A stretch of 64,000 bases of DNA from Heterodontus francisci (lineage: Eukaryota). Position numbers and translations under genes: made by a program. Under the pieces are notes generated by a model. It did no database searches. It was given only the letters and a program-made list of their open reading frames with translations, and was not told the origin of the DNA. Shown piece after piece: positions 1 to 12,146 of this stretch. Numbering within the stretch: position 1 is the first letter of the stretch; each line of letters begins with the position of its first letter. The stretch is taken from NCBI RefSeq assembly GCF_036365525.1, contig NC_090402.1:15296428-15360427 (forward strand). The letters run 5' to 3'.

Positions 1-3000
1 CCTGCTCTTGTAGCCACAGTATTTATATGGTTGGTCCAGTTAAGTTTCTGGTCAATGGTAACCCTGAGGATGTGGATGGTGGGGATTCAGCAATGGTAAT
101 GCTGGTGAATATCAAGGGTGTTGGTTAGATTCTCTTTTGTTGGAGATGGTCATTGCCTGGCATTTTGTGTGGTGCAAATGTTACTTGCATGTCAAGACTG
201 AATGTTGTGCAGGTCTTGCTGCATGTGGGCCTGGAGTATGTCAGTATCTGAGGAGTTCTGAATGGTACTAAACACTCTTAAATCATCAGGGAACATCCCC
301 ATTTCTGACCTTATTGATGAAGCAGCAGACAATGGTTGGGCCTAGGACACGACCCTGAGGAACACCTACAGCGATGTCCTGGGGCTGAGATAATTGGCCT
401 CCGGCAACCACAACTATTTTCCTTTGTATTAGGTGTGACTGCAGCTAATGGAGAGTTTCCCCTGAATCCCATTGACTCCAATTTTCCTTCGGCTCCTTGG
501 TGACACATTCAGTCAAATGCTGCCTTAATATCAAGGGCATTCACTCTCATCTCACCTTGGAATTCAGCTCTTTTGTCCATGTTTGGACCAAGGCCGTAAT
601 GAGGTCTGAAGCCGAGTGGCCCTGGCGGAACCCAAACTGAGCAACAATGATCAGGTTATTGCTGAGTAAGTGCTGCTTGAGAGCACTGTCAACGACACCT
701 TCCATCACTTTGCTGATGATCGAGAGTAGACTGATTGGGTGGTAATTGGCCAGATTGGATTTGTCTTGCTTTTTGTGGACAGGACATACCTGGGCAATTT
801 TTCACATTGTCAGTAGATGCCAGTTGTAGCTGTACTGGAACAGCTTGGCTCGGGGCATGGCTAGTTCTGGAGCACAAGTCTTCAGTACAATAGCTGGGAT
901 GTGGTCAGGGCCCATCGTCTTTGCCAATCCAGTGTGTTCAGCCATTTCTTGATATCATGTTGAGTGAATTGAATTAGCTGAAGAATGGCACCTGTGATGC
1001 TGGGGACATCAGGAGGACCTGAGATGGATCATCCACTCAGCACTTCCGATTGAAGATTGTTGCAAATGCTTCACTTATCTTTTGCACTGATGTGCTGGGC
1101 TGCCCCATCATTGAGGATGGGGATGTTTGTGGAGTCACCTCCTCTGGTTAGTTTAATTGTCTACCACCATTCATGACCAGATGTGGCCAAGATTGCAGAG
1201 CTCTGATCTGATCTGCTGGTTTTAGTATCGCTTAGCTGTTTAGTATGTTTGTAGTCCTTCCTGTATTGTAGCTTCACCAGGTTGGCATCTCATTTTTAGG
1301 TATGCCTGGTGCTGCTCCTGACACACCCTACTACACTGAAGCAGTCCGTGTCCATATGCAGCAAGACTGGGACAACATCCAGGCTTGGGCTGATAAGTGG
1401 CAAGTAACATTCGTGCCACACAGGTGCCAGGCAACGACCATCTCCAACAAGGAAGAATCTAACTTGACGTTCAATGGCATTACGGATGTTCAATGGGACT
1501 ACGATTGCTGAATTCCCCACTATCAACATCCTGGAGGTCACCATTGACCAGAAATTGAACTGGACCAACCACATAAATGCTGTGGCTACAAGAAAAGGTC
1601 AGAGACTGGGAATTCTGCAGCAAGTAACTCACCTCTTGACTGCCCAAAGCCTGTCCACCATCTACAAGGCACAAGTCAGGAGTGTGATGGAATACTCTCC
1701 ACTTGCCTGGATGGGTGCAGCTCCAACAATACTCAAGAAGCCAGCATCCAGGTCAAAGCAGCCAACTTGATTGACACCCCATCCACCACCTTCAACATTT
1801 ACTCCCTCCACCACTGACACACAGTGACAGCAGTGTGTACCATCTACAAGATGCACTGCAGCAACTCGCCAAGGCTTAGACAGCACCTTCCAAACCCGCG
1901 ACCTCTACCAACTAGAAGGACAAGGGCAGCAGATGCATGGGAACACTACCACCTGCAAGTTCCCCTCCAAGCCACACAGCATCCTGACTTGGAACTATAT
2001 CTCCGTTCCTTCACTCTTGCTGGGTCAAAATTCTGGAAGTCCCTTCCTAACAGCACTGTGGGTGTAACTACAACCCAAGGACTGCAGTGGTTCAAGAAGG
2101 CAGCTCACCACCACCTTCTCAAGGGCAATTAGGGATGGGCAATAAATGCTGGCCTTGCCAAGATGCCTACATCTCATGAATAAATAAAAAAAACTCCTCA
2201 TTAAACCAGAGTTGGTCCCCTGGCTTGATAGTAATGGCACAGTGAGGGATATGCCAGGCCATGAGGTTACAGATTGTAGTGGAATACAATTCTGCTACTG
2301 CTGATGGCCCACAGTACCTCATGGGTGCCCACTTTTGAGCTGCTAGATCTGTTCTGAATCTATCCCATTTAGCATAGCAGTAGTGCCACACAGCATGATG
2401 GAGGGTGTCTTCAGTGTGAAGACCAGACTTCATCTCCAAAAGGCCTGTGTGATAGTCAATCTTACCAATGCTGTCATGGATAGATGCAGCTGAGAATGAG
2501 GTCAAGCAGGTTTTTTCCTTTTGTTGGTTCTCTCACCACCTGCCACGGGCCCATGTTGGGAAATATGTCCTTCAGGACTCGGCAACCTCGGTCTGTAGTG
2601 GTGCTACCAAGCCGCTCTTGGTGATGGACATTGAAGTCCCCCACCCAGAGTACATACTGTGCCCTTGCTACCCCCAGCGTTTCTTCCAAGTAGTATTCAA
2701 CATGAGGAGTACTGAATCATCAATTAAGGGAGGGCTGTAGGTGGTAATCAGCAGGCAGTTTCCTTACCCATGCCTGTGACTTGATGGCATGAGACTTCAT
2801 GGGGTCTGCAGTCAATGTTTAGGACTCTCAGGGCCACTTCTTCCTGACTGTATCCCACTGTGCCACCACCTCTGGTGAGTATGGTGATGGAAGAATCTGG
2901 GACATCGGCTGTAGGATGTGATTCGGTGAGCATAACTATGTCAGGCTGTTGCTTTATTAGTCTGTAGGACAGCTCCCCCAATATCAGCACAGATCCCCAG

Positions 3001-3010
3001 ATGTTAGTAA
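1..3010 (-). mobile_element. Degraded CR1/L2-group LINE (endonuclease-RT region), interrupted by a same-family plus-strand insertion
   Basis: Minus-strand peptides WVGDFNVHHQE..GS..TD and PDIVMLTES are APE endonuclease motifs. The sequence resumes at 2194 after the insertion. Confidence 0.8.
1336..2193 (+). mobile_element. 5'-truncated CR1/L2-group LINE 3' end
   Basis: IQAWADKWQVTF and IYKAQVRSVMEYSPLAW; 3' tail ggcaataaatgctggcc...atgaataaataaaaaa. Confidence 0.85.
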
Positions 3011-3510
3011 GTGGACTATGCAGGGTCGGCTGGTCAGGATGTGACTTTGTCGTTTCTGGTGCCTTGGTTGATGTCAGGTGGTCCCATCAAGTTTTATTCT
3101 AATTTGACTTTTCTTTAGTGGTTTGACACAACTGAATAGCTTGCTAGACCATTTCAGGGGGGCAGTTAAGAGACAACCACTTTTCTATGGGTCTGGATTC
3201 ACATGTAGGCCAGACCAGGTAAGGATGGCAGATTTCCTTCCCTGAAGGACAGTAGTGATCCAGATGATTAAATGCATATCTAGTAGTTTCATGATCATTA
3301 CTGAGACTAGCTTTTTATTTCCAGCTTTATTAATTAATTTAATTTAAATTTTCCAGCTGCCGTGGTGGAATTTGAACTCAGATCTCCACACCATTGGTCT
3401 GGATCTCGGGATTACCTGTCCAGTAACGTCATTACTATGCTACAGTTCCCTTAAGTGTCTACAAATGTAGGTTCCAAATATCACTTCAATTTTTTGTATT
3501 TATTTCAGGC

Positions 3511-5919
3511 ATGTTTTCAGTCACTGATGTTTCAACCTTGGAAGGCAAGAAACCTGCCTTCCGGGTCTTCAAACCTTGGTGGGACACTTTCATGGATTAT
3601 CTGACTGTTATTATGGTGATGTTAGCTATCTTTGGCTGCAGCACACAGCTTTACCTGGATGAGACTTTCTGCTTGCCGCACCCCAATGAAACTGAAGAAA
3701 CCAAAGGTGGAGCATATAATGAGATACCTTCAACTCTGCAAATAACTCCAAGAATATCCGATATCAGTGCCAATCCGCAAGTATATATGAATCCAGATCC
3801 ATCTCCTATCAGACAAGGGAGGGTTACAAAGTTATACAATTGGCAGTATCATTTTGTCAACCAAATATGTTACAGTCAAATTCCCTGGTTTACCAGGTTC
3901 TTCTCTTATCTAATTTTATTTCATACAGTTGTCCTGATTATCCTCAGTAACTTCTGTTTCACATATCCTAAAACAAGCTCCAAATTGCAACAATTTCTTG
4001 ACATCCTTCAAAAGTGTTTTCAGTCACCATGGACATCCAAAGCCCTATCTACAGCAGTCTGTGTAGATGCCAATGAACTGGAAGAGTCAGAACCACAGAA
4101 GACCACTGAAAGTGACGATCGTATCAGTATTAAAGGTGATGCATCGACTGTTAAAGTTCCCACACGCATTCGCTCAAACATAATAGGATCTAGCTCAACC
4201 ATGGACAAGAAGGATGCAGAGCAAGCCAAAGCTTTGTTTGAGAAAGTAAGGAAATTCAGACTCCATGTTGAAGAGAAAGATACAATCTATAAATTATATA
4301 CTGGCCAAACATTGTTTAAAACAATACATTGCTTAATTATTATTGGTTACTTTCCAGCCTATGTCTATGATGTCGACTTCAATAATTTATGTGAACCTGA
4401 TGCAATATCATTGGTTTATTACAAGACTTTCAATTGTACTTATACCACTGCTCGTTTCATCGGGAAAATGGCCCTGCTGTATCTGTGTTTAGTGGTTATC
4501 TATTGGCTACTCTGTATTCACACAATATTTTGGGTTTTCAGAAAACGTCTGAAGCAATACTCCTTTGAGAAACGAGGTGAAAGCCAATTCAGTGATATCC
4601 CTGATGTAACAAATGACTTTGCTTTCTTGTTGCATTTGATTGATGAGTATGACACTTTGTATTGCAAACGTCTCGCAGTCTTCCTCTCAGAGGTGAGTGA
4701 GCAAAAACTAAAATTGTTAAGTTTAAATAATGATTGGACTGTGGAGAAGGTGAAGCAACATCTAACAAAAACTATGAAGGACCAGTATGAATTGTACCTC
4801 TTCATGCTATCAGGAATTCCTGAGTCTGTCTATGAAGTTACTGAGCTACAGGTCTTAAAGCTGGAGTTGTGTAGTAATGTTAAAATATCCAACAAAATAA
4901 CCCAACTTGATCAATTGGAAGAAGTCTGGCTCTCGCATTGTGTGACTGAAGTTACACCATCAGCTTTGATGTGGCTGAGAAACCAATTGAAAAAAGTGGA
5001 AGTTAAATATGTGAGTCGTGATGAAATCCCTGATTGGATCTACAAACTGACCCAGCTCAAAGAGCTGTACCTCACTGGAAAGCTAGCCATTGAAAAAAAA
5101 GCTCTGGAACTGGAATCTATGAAGGGACTTCGCTCTCTGAAAGTCCTTTACCTCAAAACGAGTCTCTCTAAAATACCCTCCACCATCATTGATGTTGCAT
5201 TCCACCTGCTCAAGCTTTGCATTCACAATGATAAGACTAAGCTCATGAGCCTGAGTATCTTAAAGAAGATGGTCAATCTGACTCAAATTGAACTTCACAA
5301 CTGTGAGTTGGATAAAATCCCAACTGCCATTTATGCCTTATCCAAACTTCAAGTCTTGGACCTTAAAGGTAACAATCTTAGCAAAATTGAAGAAGTTGTC
5401 AACTTGCAATATCTGCAAAAGTTATCCTGTTTGAAGTTCTGGTTCAACATGATCAAGACCATCCCTCCAACTATTAATTTAATCAAAAAGCTTGAGTATC
5501 TTTACTTATCAAACAACCAAATTGAGGTTTTACCAAAAGTCCTTTTCACCATTGAGAAACTACATTACTTTGATGTGCACAGTAACAACATTTCTGTAAT
5601 TCCAACTGATATCGGGAACCTCAAAAACCTATATTATTTGGATTTGGGTTACAATAAAATAGAAGCTCTACCAGATCAGCTTTTCAAATGTACCAAGCTC
5701 ATGACTCTCAAGCTAAGCAATAACTTAATCTCATCCCTCAGCTGGAAGGTCTCAAAGCTCAACCAACTATCACAGCTGGAGCTCCAAGGAAACCACTTGG
5801 AAAAGCTCCCAGTGGAAATAGGACAATGCACTATGATGAAGATTAATGGATTTGTGATAGAACAATATGTTTTTGAGTCACTTCCTTTAGAAATAAGAGA
5901 AAAGATGGGTGGTAGTTAG
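3511..5919 (+). CDS. LRRC8-family volume-regulated anion channel (VRAC) subunit, divergent LRRC8D-like paralogue, 802 aa, single coding exon
   Basis: Intact ORF with KPWWD, KCF.SPWT.KALS, EQAKALFEKVRKFR and SDIPDV.NDFAFLLH motifs. Four TM segments are followed by a long LRR domain. A splice acceptor (polypyrimidine + cag ending 3508) lies just before the ATG, and AATAAA is at 6063-6068. Confidence 0.95.
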   Translation: MFSVTDVSTLEGKKPAFRVFKPWWDTFMDYLTVIMVMLAIFGCSTQLYLDETFCLPHPNETEETKGGAYNEIPSTLQITPRISDISANPQVYMNPDPSPIRQGRVTKLYNWQYHFVNQICYSQIPWFTRFFSYLILFHTVVLIILSNFCFTYPKTSSKLQQFLDILQKCFQSPWTSKALSTAVCVDANELEESEPQKTTESDDRISIKGDASTVKVPTRIRSNIIGSSSTMDKKDAEQAKALFEKVRKFRLHVEEKDTIYKLYTGQTLFKTIHCLIIIGYFPAYVYDVDFNNLCEPDAISLVYYKTFNCTYTTARFIGKMALLYLCLVVIYWLLCIHTIFWVFRKRLKQYSFEKRGESQFSDIPDVTNDFAFLLHLIDEYDTLYCKRLAVFLSEVSEQKLKLLSLNNDWTVEKVKQHLTKTMKDQYELYLFMLSGIPESVYEVTELQVLKLELCSNVKISNKITQLDQLEEVWLSHCVTEVTPSALMWLRNQLKKVEVKYVSRDEIPDWIYKLTQLKELYLTGKLAIEKKALELESMKGLRSLKVLYLKTSLSKIPSTIIDVAFHLLKLCIHNDKTKLMSLSILKKMVNLTQIELHNCELDKIPTAIYALSKLQVLDLKGNNLSKIEEVVNLQYLQKLSCLKFWFNMIKTIPPTINLIKKLEYLYLSNNQIEVLPKVLFTIEKLHYFDVHSNNISVIPTDIGNLKNLYYLDLGYNKIEALPDQLFKCTKLMTLKLSNNLISSLSWKVSKLNQLSQLELQGNHLEKLPVEIGQCTMMKINGFVIEQYVFESLPLEIREKMGGS

Positions 5920-6394
5920 AATGAGAAGCATCAGATATCTGTAGTTTAGTTACAAAGAAGTTGTTACCTCATGAAAAAGATGCTTGATGTTAAGGGGGAA
6001 AAAAGCAACTAATTTGAACTAAATCCACCTATCATTGTACATTTTATGGCTGATGGATTTTGAATAAAACAATGACATAAACCTCTCATATTGCCTAATA
6101 TTATATTTTGATTGTTATCCTTTGTTGCAGGCCCCTCTCCAGGGCTTTATTTAAAATTTTGTTCTTGGGATATGATCAATTCTGAGAATTTTATTATTGC
6201 TCCTAGTTGTCCTGAGAATATGATGGTGGGCCATCGCCTTCAACTACTGTAACCCTTGGTGTAACATAGAGAATTTCAGAATATAACAACATTGTACACA
6301 TTTAAATCAGGATGGTGTGTGACTCTGAGGGAAATTTGAGAGTCAATGATGTTCCCAAAACATTGCTGCTTTTGTTCTTCTAGTTAATCAAATT

Positions 6395-7157
6395 CATTTT
6401 GGGAGGACTAACAAGGCAAGGGAATAGACAATGGATGGTAGGATCCTAGTAAGGACAGATGGTCAGAGGGACCTTGGTGTACTTGTCCATAGATCACTGA
6501 AGGCAGCAGCACAGGTAGATAAGGTGGTTAGGAAGGCATATGGGATACTTGCCTTTATTAGCCAAGGCATAGAATACAAGAGCAGGGAGGTTATAACGGT
6601 GCTGTATAAAACACTAGTTCGGCCACAGCTGGAGTACTGTGTACAGTTCTGGGCACCATACTATAGGAAGGATGTGATTGCACTGGGGAGGGTGCAGAGG
6701 AGATTCACCAGGATGTTGCCTGGGCTGGAGCATTTCAGCTATGAAGAAAGACTGGATCGGCTAGGGTTGTTTCCCTTAGAGCAGAGAAGGCTGAGGGGGA
6801 ACATGATTGAGGTATATAAAATTATGAGGGGCATTGATAGGATAGATAGGAAGAAACTTTTTCCCTTAGCAGGGGACATAGATTTAAGGTAAGCGGCAGG
6901 AGGTTTAGAGGGGATTTGAGGAAAAATATTTTCAGCCAGAGGGTGGTTGGAATCTGGAACACACTGCCTGAAGGGGTGGTAGAGGCAGGACCCCTCACAA
7001 CATTTAAGAAGTATTTAGATGAGCACTTGAAAGGCCATAGAATACAAGGCTACGGACCATGTGCTGGAAAATGGGACTGGAATAGATAGGTGCTTGATGG
7101 CCGGCACAGACACGATGGGCCGAAGGGCCTGTTTCTGTGCAGTATAACTCTATGACT
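6395..7157 (+). mobile_element. CR1 LINE 3' fragment
   Basis: LYKTLVRPQLEYCVQFWAP, SYEERLDRLGLF and a typical CR1 3' UTR (gggccgaagggcctg). Confidence 0.9.
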
Positions 7158-8519
7158 CATAGAGCTGGGGGATGCTGTTGAAGTGAGTTTATTGAGTTAC
7201 TGCAGCACATCTCGCAGATCATACATACTGTATCCACTGGCCTCTGATGATAGAAGGGTTGGATTCTGAGACGCCGATCAAATGAGCTGCTCTGTCCTAG
7301 ATGATGCTGAGCTTTCTCAGTGTTGTTGCTGAGTGGTGTGTATTCCATTATACTTCTGAGCTGAGACTGTAGATGGTGGAGGGGCTTTGAGGTGTCAGGA
7401 GGTGTGCTATTTGTCAGAGTACCAGCTTTTTTTTCCTAATCTTGTAGCCATGGGATTGATATGAGGGGGGGGGGGGGGCGGGGTTTCAGTGATGGTGGTG
7501 CCATTGATGATTGGGGGAGATGGTTGGGCTTTTTTATATAGCACTGGTATATAATATGGCACAAATATTGCATACCACATGTCAGCCCAAGCTTGGCTTC
7601 TATCTAGCTCCTTCTGTAGGTTGGTATGGGTTATTTCATTATTGGAGGAGTTGTAAATGGACTGAACACTGCTGAATTGCCTGCAAACAGCCACTCCTGA
7701 TCATGTGAAAGGAGGAAGAACATTGATGAAGCTACCAGCCCCAATTCTGTCTCCACCCTTTGTCTTCATGTGCACTTTCAACATATCACTACATAATCAA
7801 TCAGATATGGGAAGTCTGGTTAACTCTCCCCTCTCTAACCTGGTGGTGCTGTGGTCAATTATACAATTTACTACCACCCTGAGGTCATCATAAACCAACA
7901 ACCAAGTCTCACACTTTGCTGATCTGCTCTACTTTCCTGTTGATAGTTTGACATCAAGCTAGTTTAAGACCTGGCCCTAAATGAATATTTAAACAAAGGG
8001 AGAAATGTTACTAAGTTTTCAGGTTTCATTGATCCGCACGCAGGCTGATTGCACATAGATCAACACAGAAAGTGCCTAACTTTATTTACAAAGAAAACTA
8101 ATGATCAGAGAAGGTAAAAGCAGTGGATCACAGGATGCATTCATACAGCAACAAGTGAACTGCGAGTAACTTCATGTTTAGAGAAGCTCCTCTAAAACCC
8201 AATTTTACTTTGAGTTTAAATTGCTGTGCAGACAGTTGTCATCACTGTGTCCTGGCACGTGTACAATGATTTCCCAGCATTCCGAACAATCCTGGGAATC
8301 AAGTGGGAAATCCTTTTAGTTCACATAAATGTAATTGTCATGTGTGCAGTTGTGAAATCATTGTACAGTTCGCATGACACAGTGATGACAACAGTCGCCA
8401 TGGCGATTTAAACTCAGTGCAAAATTAGGGTGTTAGAGGAGCTTCTGCAGGGTTCTGTTTAACTTTCTATCTTCATCTGCCTTACTTGTTACTTTACTCT
8501 TAAGTTTTGAATATGAGTT

Positions 8520-11420
8520 GCAGGTCTACAGGAATGGTAGGGAAAAAGGTAGAAGGGGAGGAGTAGCCTTAGGGATTAAGGATGAAATTAGTTCAATGAT
8601 GAGAGGATATAATAAGAGGTAAGGAGGCAGTGAAGACTTTATGGGTAGAATTGAGAAATAGAAAAGGATTTAATACTGCAGTGGGAATTGTGTATAGGCC
8701 TCCTGGTAGCAGCTGTGATGTGGCAGAATGTACAAATGCAGAAAATGGACAAACATATAGCAAAGCCGTGTAATTTTAATGGGGGAATTTTAACTTTCAT
8801 ATAGTTTGGAATAAGCAGAAAAGTAGTGAATTTCTTGAGTGTTTTCAAGAAAGTTTTCTGCAATAATATGTCCTAAAACTAACAAGGACCAGGCCGCATT
8901 AGATTAATAATGAGTAATGAGCCAGATTTAGTTAACAGCCTAACAGTACGTAAACATTTATTTAATAATAATAATATGATCAAGTTCAATGTTGTTTTTG
9001 AAAGGGAGAAATGTGGAACAACTACTAAAATTCTAGATTTATGTAAGGCTAACTTCAATGTGAAGAGATAAAGACTGTTCAAAGTAAGCTAGGCAAATCT
9101 GCTAATGGCTAAATTGGCAGCAGATCAATTGTTCAAAAACAATTTAACCTGATACGGAACCGGTTTATAACCCCATGGGACAGGAGCTCTATTCGTCAAA
9201 AAAAAGCCATGGATGACAAAAAGAGGTGAGAGACTATATAAAGCTAAAATAAAAAGCATACCAGAATGCAAAAAAAGCAGAGATCCTGGGACAGATACAA
9301 ATTTCAAGAAAAGATGTCAAAACAGATGGTAACAGCTACAAAAAGGAGTATGAAAAGAAATTTGCAAGGGATATCAAAATCAAGTAAATTTTTTATAACT
9401 ATGATAGGAAAAAGAGTGTGGTCAGGAGCAATGTGGGCCCCTTGAAAACTGATAACACTGATATTGTAAATGAAAATAAGGAAATAGCAGACATGTTGAA
9501 TTTGAAATGCGTCAGTATTTAAAGTACAGGAAAAGGATAGCATGCTGATATCCCATTGAATCAGGGACAGGAACTCACCAAAACGAATATAAACAAAATA
9601 CCAGTAATGAAGAAAATAATGGCACTAAAGAGTGACAAATTCCCAGGACGAGATGGTTTTTATCCCAGGGTTTTGACGGAAGTATGTAAGAACATTACAG
9701 ATCCCCTAACTATGATCTTCCAAAGTTCTCTGATCCGGAACTCTTCCTTTAAATTGGAAAATTGCTCGTCACTCTGCTATTTAAGAAAGGTGAGAGGGGG
9801 AAACCAGGGAACTATGGGCCAGGTAGCCTAACATCTGTTGTTGGGAAATTACGAAGAGTCTACAATTAAGGATGGAATGTCTGAACAGCTTTCAGATTTA
9901 AGAACAGGTCATACCTAACAAACCTGTTGATTTTTGGAGAGGTGACTAAATTCCATGGATGCCTATGGATGGCGGCACAGTGGCGCAGTGGTTAGCACCG
10001 CAGCCTCACAGCTCCAGGGACCCGGGTTCGATTCTGGGTACTGCCTGTGCGGAGTTTGCAAGTTCTCCCTGTGTCTGCGTGGGTTTCCTCCGGGTGCTCC
10101 GGTTTCCTCCCACACGCCAAAGACTTGCAGGTTGATAGGTTAATTGGCCATTACAAATTGCCCCTAGTATAGGTAGGTGGTAGGGAAATATATAGGGACA
10201 GGTGGGGATGTGGTAGGAATATGGGATTAGTGTAGGATTAGTATAAATGGGTGGTTGATGGTCGGCACAGACTCGGTGGGCCGAAGGGCCTGTTTCAGTG
10301 CTGTATCTCTAAAACTAAAACTAAAAACTAAATAAGCAATTTGATAATGTCCCTTATGAGAAAGTGTTAGCAAAAGTTGAAGCTCATGGAATTGATGACA
10401 AATTAATTAGGAAATTGGCAGGAGAAAGAGAGTAGGGATAATGGACAGGGACTGTTAATTGGCAGGATGTGACTAGTGATATCTCACAAGGATCTGTGAT
10501 GTGGCCTGAACTATTCACCATATTTATGAATGATTTAGATGATTGGATAGAGAGCCACATATCCAAGTTTGCCGAGGACACAAAAATGGACAGCATTGTA
10601 AGTAGGGCAAGGGAAGCATAAAATTACAAAGAGATATTAATAGATTAAATGAATGGGCAAAAATGTGACAAATGGATTTCAATGTAGGCAAGAGTGAGGC
10701 CATCTACTTTGGAGCTAAAAAGAATAGAACAAAGTACTTTCTAATAGTGAAAAGCTAGAAACAGTGGAGGTCCAAAGAGACTTAGGGATCCATGTACATA
10801 AATCATTAAAATGTCATGGACAGGTACAGAAATAAACAAAAAGGCTAATTGCTTGCTGGACTTCATATCTAGAGGACTCGAATACAAGGGACTAGAAGTT
10901 AGGCTACAGATATACAAAGCCCTAGTGAGATTACACTTGAAGTACTGGCTTCAGTCCGAGAAACACCCCTTAGAAAGGATATATTGGCCTTGGAGGGAGT
11001 GCTGTGCAGATTTATGAGAATGATACCTGAACTCCAAGGGTTAATTTATAAAGAGAGATTACACACACTGGGGTTGAAGTCCCTGGAATTTAGAAGGTTA
11101 GGGGTGATTTTGTCAGCTTTCAAGATATTAAGGGGAACAGATAGGAGAGATAAAGAGAAACTATTTCCATTGGTTGGGGTGATTAGGACTGGCCTAAAAA
11201 ATAGAGCCAGATGTTCAGGAGTGAAGTTAGGAAACACTTCTACAGGTAAAGGGTGGTAGAAGTTTTGAACTCTCTTCTGCAAACTGGAGTTGTTTCCCAG
11301 GTCAGTTGTTAATTTTAAATGAAGTTGACAGATTTTTGTTCACCAAAGATATTACAGGATATGGGGCAAAAGCAGGTTCAAGGGGTTAAATGGCCAACTC
11401 TGGTTCCTATGCTCCTGAAA
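8520..11420 (+). mobile_element. Old degraded CR1 LINE, interrupted by a SINE
   Basis: Fragmented endonuclease/RT peptides (LKSDKFPGRDG.YPRVL, IYKALVRLHL). Confidence 0.75.
9971..10331 (+). mobile_element. tRNA-derived V-SINE/HE1-like SINE
   Basis: A-box TGGCGCAGTGG, B-box GGGTTCGATTC, V-type core, CR1-derived tail and a (ctaaaa)n end. Confidence 0.88.
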
Positions 11421-11591
11421 GACCGTATTTAAATTGTGGTCTGGGATCTGTGGATAGCTCCAGCTCCTGGGCTTTTTGATCCAACAGTTTCCAATGTGAT
11501 GAGCTCTGAGATCATTGGCCACAGACAGTGGTTGGCATCCTACCATTTATGAAAGATGATGGACATGCAGCAAACAATCCATTTAGGTGGA

Positions 11592-12024
11592 AACATAGGA
11601 ACGGGAGTAAGCCATTCAGCCCATCGAGTCTGCTCTGCCATTCAATATGATCATGGCTGATCATCCACTTCAATGCCTTTTCCCCACATTATCCCTATAT
11701 CCCTTTATGTCATTGGTATTTAGAAATCTGTCAATCTCTGCTTTAAACATACTCAATGACTGAGCTTCCACAGCCCTCTGGGGTAGAGAATTCCAAAGAT
11801 TCACAACCCTCTGAGTAAAGAAATTTCTCCTCATCTCTGTCCTAAGTGGCTCCCCCCTTATTTTGAAATTGTGTCCCCTGGTTCTAGACTCCCAAACCAG
11901 GAGAAACAGCTGCATCTACCCTGTCTATCCCTTTAAATATTTTATAGGTTTCAATGAGATCACGTCTCATTCTTCGAAACTCTAAAGAATACAGGCCCAG
12001 TTTCCCCAATCTCTCCTCATAGGA
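11592..12024 (-). mobile_element. CR1 3' fragment
   Basis: ESRTRGH..KIRG...RRNFFTQRVVNLWNSLP. Confidence 0.88.
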
Positions 12025-12146
12025 CCATCTGCGCCAACCGGTCCTGGCAATGCGGAACGCAGTGCATGCGCAGAGAGCAGGAGCCCGTTTGCGCATGTGC
12101 GCAGGTTGGCGCAGTTGGATGACGTCAGTGGCCGGCTGCGTTGTCA

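Noticed and set aside
3511-5919. Naming the gene LRRC8A from synteny
   Set aside because: It lacks the LRRC8A hallmarks (MIPVTELRYF, CLPC, LDRHQY) and has a single coding exon, so the symbol is left blank.
9971-10045. tRNA gene
   Set aside because: It is the tRNA-derived head of a SINE repeated at 35.4 kb and 47.7 kb, with no complete cloverleaf.
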